The position numbers and the translations under genes are program-made. The notes under the pieces are model-generated. The model did no database searches, was not told the DNA's origin, and saw nothing but the letters and a program-made list of their open reading frames with translations. A stretch of DNA of 62,914 nt, counting the filler, from Octopus bimaculoides (Eukaryota): assembly GCF_001194135.2 (NCBI RefSeq). It is 8 parts of 8 records of this genome, joined end to end, with 100 filler letters (N's around TTAATTAATTAA, not from the genome) between each part and the next. Parts side by side here need not be neighbours in the genome. Positions count along the whole stretch, not along the records: positions 32,994 to 36,994 come from NW_026345503.1; positions 37,095 to 42,219 come from NC_068986.1; positions 42,320 to 60,388 come from NC_068981.1; 5 more parts are not named here. One strand, given 5' to 3'. Shown one piece after another: positions 35,982-48,779 of this stretch. The first letter of the stretch is position 1, and every line of letters begins with the position of its first letter.

Positions 35982-37907
35982 GATTTTTACGGTTTTGAGT
36001 TTTATTGTTTGTAGTTTCTTTGCTGCTTTTAATGGGAGTGGCAACAACCTCTCCTGGCTGACTACTATAGCAGGTCGTTTAAGTACGACGTAATAGGTGA
36101 GGCGAGTACATTCTCTCGTAAAACTACTTCTTTATTTATACAGACGGATAGTTACACAGGTTATATGAACAGATAAGTACACATACGCAAATGAAGACTG
36201 AAACACATGACCATATATATATACACACACGCACTTTACTTCACACAAGGACACATATAGAGACACACGTCCACGCATATGGAGATACACATCCATACAT
36301 ACAAACACGTTATATGGTTGCAAAACACACACACGAACACACGCTCAGACATGCACACACAAGGAGACAGAGGTACACACAGACATATTCAAACACACAC
36401 ACACGTGCATACATACATAAAAACACACAAACAAGGACATGCAAACACATGAATATGCAGAATACGCACATACAAATGCACACACATAAATAGATACATA
36501 TGCACCCACATACATACACACATGCATACATGCATACATGCATGCCTGTATAGGCAGACACGCACACTGATCCACACACATGCACACAAACAAACAAAAA
36601 GGAGCGCAGCGTGAGTAACAGACAGAGTCAAAATTATGAAAAGTTTACAAGACGCAACAAAAATTTTAGAAAAATAAAAAAGAAACAAGTGGATATATTA
36701 CTGGTGAGTGTGTTAAATTACAAGGCACCAAAAGAGAATGACTCTCCCCAGACACAACAAATTAATAGAAGATATGTATGGGAAAAATTCTCATTAGAAC
36801 TGGGAGAATATTCTTCAGTAGAAATCTGGATGCATCCGTTAAACAAAAGTTACAATTTCAGCGCTCGAAAATACTATAAAGAAAATAAATTTAGAGATAA
36901 CTCACCAATCATATTTCAAGCTTAAATATCATGTGTGATACCTAATCATAGTTCTTTCTAATTTTGTCACGAAACCAGCATTTTGAGGGAAGGANNNNNN
37001 NNNNNNNNNNNNNNNNNNNNNNNNNNNNNNNNNNNNNNTTAATTAATTAANNNNNNNNNNNNNNNNNNNNNNNNNNNNNNNNNNNNNNNNNNNNCACGCA
37101 CACACACGTACACATCAACGCACATATACACAACATACACATACACACAAACATACACGCACGCACAAAAAATATACACACACGCGCACACGGAAACACA
37201 CATACAGACACACATAAACACACACACACCCGTACCTAACACTCACAATCCCACACACACACGCACATCCACACACATACACACACCCACATACACACAC
37301 ACACTTCTCACCAACACTACACACTCACACAGACACGCATACAATCACACACACATGGGCATAAACAACACACGCACATACAATAGCAAACGCACGCACA
37401 CACACGTACACATCAACGCACATATACACAACATACACATACACACAAACATACACGCACGCACAAAAACATACACATACACACACGCGCACATACAAAA
37501 TACACACACACACGTACACGTACCCAACACCTACAACCCCACACTAACACGAACACACACATACTCAAAAAGCCGCCTGTTGACCTTCTACCTACACTGT
37601 CTATAAGTGTCCACTAACCAGTCCTGCTACTAATTTCTTCCACTACGTCATACACACATACACACACACAAACACACCAACAGATAAACCACCAAACCAT
37701 GCACACACACACACACACATACATACATACGCACACACACGTTCTGTTATCACACACACACTCGCAGACTCTCACACACGCACANNNNNNNNNNNNNNNN
37801 NNNNNNNNNNNNNNNNNNNNNNNNNNNNNNNNNNNNNNNNNNNNNNNNNNNNNNNNNNNNNNNNNNNNNNNNNNNNNNNNNNNNNNNNNNNNNNNNNNNN
37901 NNNNNNN

Positions 37908-38090
37908 GGTACCATTTTCCTCTTTCTCTGTTCTTCCATTCTCCGAACTTTCCATCTTTCCGACGAAGGGCTACGCCCGAAACGTCATACACTCTCTCTT
38001 TCCTTTCCTGAGCATCCAATAACACTATCCATATCACGTCCTCACTTTGTTGTTTTTTTGTTATTGTTTTTTTGAACTTATATATATATA
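37908..38090 (+). mobile_element. Penelope-like 3' terminal repeat with a minimal hammerhead-like motif
   Basis: CCGACGA-A-GGGC-TAC-GCCC-GAAA-CGTC at 37960-37986; collinear with 41960-42145. Confidence 0.6.
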
Positions 38091-38239
38091 TATATATATA
38101 TATACATAATGTGATCAACAAGTATCCAGACTGTTGCCATAGTAATGAAGTTAAAGCATGCAGAATGAAACTGCTTGCTGGAGATTGACCTTGAACTCTG
38201 CTGTGCATGTGCACTAAGTTTTAACATTCTAGCTCACTT

Positions 38240-38525
38240 CTGCTGTTTACAGCAGTGCTTGGAAGGAAGGTGTGTAGCATGTGATCATCGCATTGACCAT
38301 GACAGAGAAAGTAGAACAGAGAATCTGCATCAAATTTTGCCAAAGCTTGGCAATACCTGCTCAGAGGCCTATGCAAATTTTTCAAAAAGTTTTCATTGTT
38401 CTCGACACAATCAAGGAGATCTTGTGCAACTGAAACCTGAGTGTCTTTTTGGTCAGCTGAAAGCAGCTTTCGCAGAAACTTGGCAGACATGCATCTCATA
38501 CCTAAATCTTCAGCGATGATGGAAA
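38240..38525. mobile_element. Mariner remnant with an internal inversion
   Basis: + strand MTEKVEQRICIKFCQKLG (from ~38299) abuts - strand EDLGMRCMSAKFLRKLLSADQK..QDLLDCVENNENFLK. Confidence 0.7.
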
Positions 38526-39665
38526 CAAAGTTCTTTTTTAATCTAAAATATACTCTCCTTCATTTTCTACAATGCTCTTCCATCTATCTGGTAGACTTGC
38601 AAGGCCCCTCTTCCAAAATTCACTTGTCCCTATATATTGCATTAATGTTCCTCATACTTTCTGTTGCATTGTTGTCTTTAGTGAACTCATAAAGCGAAAT
38701 ATGCCAAATATGCTTTGTCACTTCCATTATAGCTTTGAAAAAATAACTGTTAAAATCGAACTGCACTCTTCAAAAATTACACTAAGAACAAATACAAAGT
38801 AAAATTACTACTTGCTTTTATAGCAAGTTGATGCAGGCAGTTTATCCTATCCCCCTCCGACTTTTAGTTCATGCAACTGAAAAAGCCGCATCATTTATGA
38901 GATGACCCAATACAAACACACACACACACACACACACACACAGATGAGGAGAGTGAGCAAGAGAGAGGGAAAGTGATAAAATGAGAAAGATATAATATAG
39001 CTCATAGTAACTCAAAGCTGAAAGATATTGTCAATATTGGTATAAAGAAAAAAGATATGAATACGGTTTTGAAACCGGCACATTGCGACTTATTAGTTGC
39101 TAGTTATCTTCATTATGTGATGCAAATTTTCAGTAAATCATGTCATATTTTAAACTGTGAGCCCTTAACTTTTTCTAAAAGTATCCTTCTAAACTTTGTT
39201 TTTCTGATATATTTCTCCATAATGAGCGAAAAATGTGAGAAAATATATCTTTAGAGATTCTGAAATGAATGGCTTTGTTATGTTAACATTAAGTAAGTGG
39301 TTGTGTGAAGCCTTGGCTGATTCATCTAAAGTGCACTGCAAATTTTGTGGATGTGACGTCAGAGAATAAATAGTTGGTTATTAATTTATTGCTTAGCAAA
39401 AACAAAACAATAAAAATGAGTGAGCGTGGCTTCCCAACAATGTGGACTTGTGCATGGCACCTTGCCTTCTGTATTGATTTGGTAGATAGAAAGCCTGTTG
39501 TGTGAAAGCCTTATGTGAAAGTCTGTTGTCTGTCTATCTATCTATCTATCTATCTAGCTGTATGTATGAATACATGTAGTGTGTGTTGTATGTGTTTCCC
39601 ACCAATGTTTGACAACTGGAGTTTATTCTTTTACATCTCTGTAACTTAATGGTTTGACAATTTAT

Positions 39666-39873
39666 AGGCGCAGGAGTGGCTGTGTGGTAAGTAGCCTGCT
39701 TACCAACCACATTGTTCTGGGTTCAGACCCACTACATGGCACCTTGGGCAAATGTCTTCTACTATAGCCTTGGGCCGACCAAAGCCTTGTGAGTGGATTT
39801 GGTAGGTGGAAACTGAAAGAAGCCTGTCGCACACACACACACACACATATAATTGTAGATATATATATGTATA

Positions 39874-39925
<52 letters not shown>

Positions 39926-40200
39926 TGTATGTATGTATGAGTGTGCATATGTCGCACATATATGTATATATATATATATATATATGTATGAGTGTGTATA
40001 TGTTTGTGTGTGTTTGTCTCCCAACATTGCTTGACAACTGATGCTGGTGTGTTTATGTCCCAATAACTTAGTGGTTTGGCAAAAGAGACCAATGGAATAA
40101 GTACTTGGCTTTAAAAAAATTACAAATGTACTGGGGTCAATTTGTTTGACTGTAGTCCCTCAGCATGGTTGTAGTCTAGCTGAAACAAGTAAAAGATAAA
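39666..40200 (+). mobile_element. SINE family A, full length
   Basis: Collinear with 8296-8720; longer internal microsatellite. Confidence 0.9.
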
Positions 40201-40429
40201 TAAGAAAGAGGGCAGTTTCGTTTAAAGCAATTCTTATTACCAACATTTTATAAGAAAATGTGAGGAAACCTTGATGCTTGAAGCTAACTTAGGATGAAGG
40301 ACAAAGATCCTTTCTGAATAATATAGGGCTGGTTTCCCAGTTTCTGTGGCACATATACATTCTCCTCCTGGACAGGATGCTTCTGTAGAGTGATCCTTTT
40401 CTGCATTAAGTAGAATCAAAACATACCAA

Positions 40430-40590
40430 AGAAATGCGACAGGAGAAAGAAGACTGTCTGGGTTAGCACTAATGTCAATTGAAAAATATTTATTACAACA
40501 ATTGATGAAAGGAGGAGATTTCTATGAAAATGTGATAGATATATTTGCCCAGAAAGATTGAAGAATTGAATTAATTTATAAATGAGATAA
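40430..40590 (+). mobile_element. hAT transposase C-terminal (dimerisation) remnant
   Basis: NATGERRLSGLALMSIEK...FYENVIDIFAQKD*RIELIYK* matches the hAT RLxGLALxSI...IDxFA motif. Confidence 0.7.
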
Positions 40591-41869
40591 ATAACATTTT
40601 AGAACCTTAAAAAAGATTTAATATATCAAAGGGCATATATTACAGGTTTTGGTTAGTGTTTGTTATAATGTAAGGTTTGACCATCTTACATCAGTATTGT
40701 TTGGCAGCTAAAATGGTTCGACTTCTTCGTCAAACCTAACCTACATAGGTTTTCCTTTCTGAGCTGTTGGGTGTAGTCTATTTACGGCCGTAAATGTCTT
40801 GTTTCAATCTCAGAGATGTTGACTTTTGCCACTGTCTTTCATTGTGTATGTATTCATGTATATGCGTGTATTTTCAATGTGTGTGCATGAGATGTAGTCT
40901 TTTAATATACGGAGTTCTGTAAGTCTCAGAACAGTCTGCTTGAGTATCAATAATTTTCCTGGAATTGACAAGTAGCATGATAAAGCACCTAACTTGTCTT
41001 CCAGAGCGTAACAATGTTAAAGCATAGCCATATAATGTAACTAAATGTGTTCTCTTAATTAAAACATTTCAATTTGATTCAGCTCAACCAATAGGTATAG
41101 GGGCTAATGCAGAATCGCACCCCTTTGAAATACGAATTTTGTGAAAAATTTTTTTCTGATTCCTACCTTTAACAGAGATTCCGAATATGCAAAAATATTA
41201 ACAGAATCCAATTTCATCTTTATTACATTTCACTTATGATTTTTAGACTTTTTAAGGGAGAGTGAGGATGGGAAAATACTGACGTTTCAAAGAGAGAGAA
41301 AAATACAAACAATACACTTATTTCAGACTCATCTCTACAGAGCCATTTTTTATTCCCTGTTTATTCTAGGTCATACAGGGGTGATTGCATATTCAGAATC
41401 TCCCATATGTAAATTGTAGGAATACAAAAATTTTCTTACTGAAAAATTGCCGGGGGGGGGGGGGGAGAAATTCATTGCATGCCCAACCCTGGAAGTCACC
41501 ACATGCCACTGATATATATATATATATATTATATACAATATATATATACACACACACACATTGCAAACAAAACACACTACATATACATACACGCACACAC
41601 ACATACTTCAAACTACCAGTTAAACACCTTTCTACTGACCATTCTCCCATGCACATGTGTAGGTAGGCACACAACCGACAGCCACTCCTACCAAAATTCT
41701 TACTATAAATTCTTCCTATTACCTTAAATGACACTAAGTGCAACCACACACATACATAAACAGCTACAACCACACACACGCACACACACACACACACACA
41801 CGCACATACATGTACTATCATTACACGCACACACAGACCTGCGTGCATGCACATACCCACACATACGTC

Positions 41870-42145
41870 CTTCTCTTGCACTCCCCTGTCTTTGAAAGAA
41901 CTTTTTCTTCACCCATTCCCTTCCTGTCATTTCAATATGTGACCGCGTGTGTATCGTTGGTGATTTTCTTTCTCCGTCTTCCCTTCTTTGAACTTTTTCT
42001 ATATTTCTGATGAAGAGCTCTGCTCGAAACGTTAAATCCTCTTTTTTTTCTTTCCTTCCCTGGGCGTTCAATAACACTGTACATATTCCATGCCCTCATG
42101 TTGTTGTTTTTTCGTGCTTATTCATGTTTGGATTGACTATATATA
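41870..42145 (+). mobile_element. Penelope-like 3' terminal repeat with a minimal type I hammerhead motif
   Basis: ATTT-CTGATGA-A-GAGC-TCT-GCTC-GAAA-CGT-T-AAAT at 42003-42037. Confidence 0.65.
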
Positions 42146-42319
42146 TACAGATATAGCAGCACTGGCAACGATCATGTTCGGATGGTGCTCTTAATGTTCC
42201 ACTAGCATGGGTGCCAGCCNNNNNNNNNNNNNNNNNNNNNNNNNNNNNNNNNNNNNNNNNNNNTTAATTAATTAANNNNNNNNNNNNNNNNNNNNNNNNN
42301 NNNNNNNNNNNNNNNNNNN

Positions 42320-42900
42320 CTAACTTGACATTGGTAGATAGTGTTTCTGAGTCTCACATTTTCACTTAAAAAACTAATTCTTTTGGAATTGACTTCTGAA
42401 ATAATGATTTTGTTGTTATGACTATTACTATTATGTGTCGTGTTATTAATATTGTTCCCTATATTATTATTATTAGTGTTATTGTTATTTTGGTAAGGGT
42501 TAATAATGTTTGGTTCAATGATATTACTGTTTGAACTTTCTAGTGGATGCAAAAGCCTCATATTGTGTGCAGATATTATCTGTGAAATGTTCTTCATGTT
42601 AGAGAAACCGAATCTAACCTTGTGTGTATTTATGACTTGGGAGTAATGAGAGTGTTTATATATATATTTATATATATATATAGTATATAAAGTTAGATAA
42701 GGCAGGTTTATGGGATTACCCTGGGTTTCAGGCCCATAAAGCGCTTAGCTTTAGAACGTTCTATCAGATTGCAAAACTTGTTGGTTTAAGGCCTCTCTAG
42801 CAAGTCGCCTTGTCGTTGATGTTGTTTTTGATGATTTTGTCATTGTCGAGCAAGGGCACTGTTTGCATGACGGTGTTATTCTTTAGAATCACCACATGAA
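42320..42900 (-). mobile_element. Penelope-like element ORF remnant (RT to GIY-YIG linker)
   Basis: Minus-strand INTHKVRFGFSNMKNISQIISAHNMRLL...TIYQCQV resembles the PLE (Y)SxMxNxxQIIxxHNxKxL...VVYxCxV segment. Confidence 0.65.
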
Positions 42901-43646
42901 TTCAAGCCAAGAAGACAGTAACACACACACACACATATGCACGCACGCACACACATACGCACGCACGCACACACACACACACACACGTATATNNNNNNNN
43001 NNNNNNNNNNNNNNNNNNNNNNNNNNNNNNNNNNNNNNNNNNNNNNNNNNNNNNNNNNNNNNNNNNNNNNNNNNNNNNNNNNNNNNNNNNNNNNNNNNNN
43101 NNNNNNNNNNNNNNNNNNNNNNNNNNNNNNNNNNNNNNNNNNNNNNNNNNNNNNNNNNNNNNNNNNNNNNNNNNNNNNNNNNNNNNNNNNNNNNNNNNNN
43201 NNNNNNNNNNNNNNNNNNNNNNNNNNNNNNNNNNNNNNNNNNNNNNNNNNNNNNNNNNNNNNNNNNNNNNNNNNNNNNNNNNNNNNNNNNNNNNNNNNNN
43301 NNNNNNNNNNNNNNNNNNNNNNNNNNNNNNNNNNNNNNNNNNNNNNNNNNNNNNNNNNNNNNNNNNNNNNNNNNNNNNNNNNNNNNNNNNNNNNNNNNNN
43401 NNNNNNNNNNNNNNNNNNNNNNNNNNNNNNNNNNNNNNNNNNNNNNNNNNNNNNNNNNNNNNNNNNNNNNNNNNNNNNNNNNNNNNNNNNNNNNNNNNNN
43501 NNNNNNNNNNNNNNNNNNNNNNNNNNNNNNNNNNNNNNNNNNNNNNNNNNNNNNNNNNNNNNNNNNNNNNNNNNNNNNNNNNNNNNNNNNNNNNNNNNNN
43601 NNNNNNNNNNNTATATATATTCACACACACACACGCACATTTTCTA

Positions 43647-43728
<82 letters not shown>

Positions 43729-43934
43729 AAACTTTCATATTTTACTTTGAGTCATTAGACCAATTGATCTCAATGCTTAGTTTTTAAGTCTGGTACTGAT
43801 TGTATCCGGTTCCTTTGCTGAACTGCTAAGCTACGGAGACGTAAACAAACGCTGGTTTTCAAGTGGTGTGAGAAAGAGAGGCATAAAAAAAAAAACCGCA
43901 CACACATACACGCATACATATATATTTACATATA

Positions 43935-44154
43935 CGAAGGAGTACTGAAAAGTTCCTGGCTTTAACGGTATCATGAAAGGCCTGGTTAGAGGGCCAACCT
44001 TCAGAGTTCTTTTACAGGGCTTAGAAAAACTTAAGGACCACTGCAATAAGTGTGTGAATCTGAGACGGGAATATGTTGAATAAAATCATAATCAACTACT
44101 GATCTTCCTGTATTTTCTTTTACTTAAAGCCAGGAACTCTTAACCCCCTCCTCA
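43935..44154 (+). mobile_element. Mariner deletion derivative (MITE-like)
   Basis: TIRs CGAAGGAGTACTGAAAAGTTCCTGGCTTT and AAAGCCAGGAACTCTTAACCCCCTCC; retains the transposase end EKLKDHCNKCVNLRREYVE*. Confidence 0.8.
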
Positions 44155-44373
44155 TGCATATACTTACAGGGAGAGCTTCCACCCAGTTTCGTCTACCGAA
44201 TTTACTCACCACGCAATGTTCAGCCCGAGACTATAGTAGATACACTTGCTTATAATGCCATGCCTTTGGCCTGCACCCGAAAGCACATACTGGCAATGCG
44301 AGCTTCTTAACATGTTTAATGTTAAATGTCATACAGAAATTTGTTTCTGCATATTTTACCTTGTAGTGTGTGT

Positions 44374-44481
<108 letters not shown>

Positions 44482-44688
44482 TACGCACATACTAGTGGGT
44501 ATACCGATGTGCATTAGACAGACATTTAGGCAAATAAAAGATAGGAAGTTATGGTAAAGGAGTACCAGATCTGAAATTCCTGCTGTTCTTGTTGTTTTAG
44601 CCCCAGATGATCCCTGATTGAGCACACTTACGATCAAAGGCAATCCTTGACCACCACTCCCTATTTTCTTTTTCTTTTTCAATTATAG

Positions 44689-45056
44689 CAGTGTTTCCCA
44701 GCCTATTTTCTCCAAGTCCCGCTATAACTTTTCAGAAAAATGTATGCCCCGCCGGTGGTTGGAAAAACATCTTTATTTTAGATATTTCTACTTTCTTTAA
44801 AGAACTATCCACCCTAAGACATTAGGATAGCGCTATACTGTATCGAACACTCTTCACACAGTATACTTGATGGGAGGGATTGGTTTGGCTATTCTGAATA
44901 TAGGTGTAGTATGTTTGTTGTGAAAGAAAGATTTTCACAATTTCATGTCCCACTAAAAAAAAAAAAAGTAAAAGAAAGAAAAGTTGGATCCCTTACCCCA
45001 CCACAATTTTCCCAGGCCCAACCGGTGGGGCATATGCCTCACTTTGGGGATCACTA
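44689..45056. mobile_element. hAT-type MITE
   Basis: Ends CAGTGTTTCCCAGC and TTTGGGGATCACT. Confidence 0.5.
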
Positions 45057-45432
45057 AATTATAGTAAACTTTGGACTACATGTTATGTGTTCCTTCGTTT
45101 GTAGAAAAGTCTGATTTGAGAAGATTTGGCTGCTATTTCTTGCAGGTTAGGCGACCATGTTGGGGATACCTCTCTGGCTCGTGTGAAATAACAAGGTGTG
45201 ATATAGCTAGATTGAATGAAATAAAGTCGTTGCTCTACTGCTTGAACCTGTTGTTAGGAGTTAGGTGAAATGGGGGAGCGATGCTTATTGTGAAGCACAG
45301 GAGCCTTAGCGATACACATGTTGCCAATTGTATAGATTATCACGAAAGTGGAGGGAGTTAGAGTTAACGGAAAGGAAATGATTAGTTTTATTTGTGTCTC
45401 TGTATTAGAGTCTTTGTATTATTTGACTTTGG

Positions 45433-45471
<39 letters not shown>

Positions 45472-45493
45472 NNNNNNNNNNNNNNNNNNNNNN

Positions 45494-45535
<42 letters not shown>

Positions 45536-45641
45536 TACGGATATGTATGTGTATGTTTGTGTGAATGAACATGCATGCATATCCAGTAAAACACGTTCAA
45601 GTCTTCAAAACGAAATAGGTTATACAAAATAATAATTGATT

Positions 45642-45717
<76 letters not shown>

Positions 45718-45857
45718 AGGTATAAGTTTAAACATTCAAGGGGTAGTCTGAAGTATCTAAGCAAAGCAACTAGGGGATAATTAAATCCGAAGGCACTCCT
45801 GGAGGTTACTTGTGTGGGTACCGTCTTTGTTAGAAGGTATCCAGAGGCAGTTATATA

Positions 45858-45897
<40 letters not shown>

Positions 45898-46045
45898 AAT
45901 ATGCTTAATATAATATATAACTAGTGTATATAAATAGAGAGATAGGAAAGAGAAAGGGGGAGTTATTATGTTATATACAATATATATGTATAGATTATGT
46001 ATGTATATATACATGGATACGTACACACACACACACACACACACA

Positions 46046-46077
<32 letters not shown>

Positions 46078-46236
46078 GTGGATCATATATCTGAAAAAGA
46101 AGCACACTCTTAAAGTTAAAGCGGTAATGTATTTACATGATATTAAATATATGTCCGGTCATCAAGTGACCAATGGATTCGCATCCATAAAGCCCCTCAG
46201 GTTTACGGATGACTCGTCAGATTCCAATGGCCGTGG

Positions 46237-46325
<89 letters not shown>

Positions 46326-46589
46326 TATACATATATACATACATACACACACGCGCATATGTATATGTATATATATATGTGTGCGTGTGTGTGTGTATAC
46401 ATGTGTCTGTGTTTATGTCTGCCTGGTACACGTATATACACACGCATAACACACACATACACACACACACACACAGGCACGCACGTACACATAAGAAAGT
46501 ATGTATCGTACGCTTAAATTTAAAGCAAATTGTGAAGATAGAGTCGTTGGGAAATGGAAGAAAATATATAATGATGTATTGTTTGTTAC

Positions 46590-46686
46590 CTGTACGAGAA
46601 TGGATTAACCAAAATAAAACAGCTAAGCCTTGTCTGATAGTTGGTAGTCAGTGAGTCGACCAGACGATACAAAACAATAAAACTGA
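46590..46686 (-). promoter_or_regulatory. Possible minus-strand first (non-coding) exon
   Basis: TCAGTT initiator-like motif at 46686-46681, donor CAG|GTAACA at 46590, and an upstream CpG-containing pyrimidine-rich unique tract. Confidence 0.3.
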
Positions 46687-47116
46687 CCGGGCTGCGCAAG
46701 CGTCTCTCAGTGTACAATATCACGATAGTAAAGTTTAATATGAACAACGAGAAGCCTGATAAGAGAAGTGGTTGAAAGAGAAAATGATTTTAAATAAGTA
46801 GAAAAGAGTAGTGGAGTATAGAAGCCATGCAAACGAAAGAGAGAGAAAGAGGTGTGAGGGAAAGTAGGAGGCAAAAATACGAAACTGTACATATAAATGA
46901 AAGAGAGAAGCGGGAGGAGAATTGTGTGTGAAGTGAGGTGAGGTGAATGAGAAACAGGTACACGAGGCGAGGGAGAGCGATGGTCGAGGGAGAGATGATT
47001 AAAGAGAGAGAAAGAGAGAGAGAAGGCGGTTCGAGTTTAGGTGTGGTAACGGGCGAGGTCGCTGGTCTTAGCAACAAGTGATGATCGACTTACATAGCTA
47101 AGGGATTGCTCAACTG

Positions 47117-47169
<53 letters not shown>

Positions 47170-47198
47170 ATACACACATACACACACACACTCATAAC

Positions 47199-47235
<37 letters not shown>

Positions 47236-48169
47236 NNNNNNNNNNNNNNNNNNNNNNNNNNNNNNNNNNNNNNNNNNNNNNNNNNNNNNNNNNNNNNNNN
47301 NNNNNNNNNNNNNNNNNNNNNNNNNNNNNNNNNNNNNNNNNNNNNNNNNNNNNNNNNNNNNNNNNNNNNNNNNNNNNNNNNNNNNNNNNNNNNNNNNNNN
47401 NNNNNNNNNNNNNNNNNNNNNNNNNNNNNNNNNNNNNNNNNNNNNNNNNNNNNNNNNNNNNNNNNNNNNNNNNNNNNNNNNNNNNNNNNNNNNNNNNNNN
47501 NNNNNNNNNNNNNNNNNNNNNNNNNNNNNNNNNNNNNNNNNNNNNNNNATATATATATATATATATATAATATATAATATATATATATGCATACACATAT
47601 ATGTATGTACACACACACACACACATATATATAACTACGGGCAGTCAACAGACAGCGAGAAAGAAATTCAATAGTATAAAATAAACGGGCAAAGAAGGTC
47701 GACTCTTTTCACTGAAATATCTAAAATAAATAAATAAATAAAATAACCAAAAAATTTAGTATATATATAAAATGAGTTGGTAGGTCATTGTTATCTTCGT
47801 GAATTGTAATGTTATTTCAAACTGAATGTAATCTCTGAACAGGTAGATATTTCACAAGCCATTGTATGGCTGTTAAGCGTGTGTTGGTTTCCTAACTTTG
47901 TCAACATACGCATGTTTCTCGTAAAAACACAATTAATATTTTTTTTATCAGTCTGAGAAATAAGGGTACATTTCATGGCTTTTATGCACCCCCTTTCCAT
48001 TTTCCCCCAGTATTATATGTTTCCCTCTTTACTGACTGAGTTGCAAGTCCCTTAGTCAACAGTTCGTATAAATTAGCTGCAAGTTCTTTTTAAAAAAAAT
48101 TACCAGCTCTCTATTTGTTTATTAAATGCATCTGCTCTGTTTTTGTAAGGCTCAATATTGAGGTTTTTA

Positions 48170-48480
48170 TCATTTATCTTTTACTTGTTTCAGTCACTGG
48201 ACAGCGTCCATGCTGGGGCACTGCCTCGAATTTTTAAGCTAAGTACTTATTCTATTAGTCAGTTTTACTGAATCGCTAAGTTATGGGGACGTATATAAAC
48301 CAATACTAGTTGTTAAGCGTGGTGGGGGAAAACAGGAGCACAAATACACATATACAACCAAATCCACTCATAATGCTTTGGTTGACTTGGTGTTATAGTA
48401 GGAAAGACTTGTCCAATGTGTCACATGGTGAGATTGAACTCAAAAACTTGTGGTTGGGAAGCAAACTTAGTATTGTACAG
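48170..48480 (-). mobile_element. SINE family A, decayed
   Basis: Both halves recognisable on the minus strand. Confidence 0.75.
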
Positions 48481-48779
48481 CAATGTTTTTTGTCTTGACT
48501 GTGTTGTATACATTGGCATAATTTTGAGTTTAATGATTCCTTTATCAAATAAAACGCTCTATGTACTTCTAATGCGAAGAATACGGAGTAGAGGATTCTT
48601 ACCGGCAGGATTAGAAACCAGAAATTTGATACAAAAAGAACTGGGTATCGCTAGATTTCTTGTATCTTGCCTGTACTATTCGCACTTCCCACGAATGTTA
48701 ATATCGTTCTATTTACGGAACTCAATACAACAAAGTCGACGATCACAAGTGAAATTGCAAAATCAGAATCTTTGAATGG

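Noticed and set aside
37095-37470. ~75-bp exact duplicate (37095-37170 versus 37393-37470) in CA-rich DNA
   Set aside because: It is low-complexity and adjacent to a gap, so it may be an assembly artefact.
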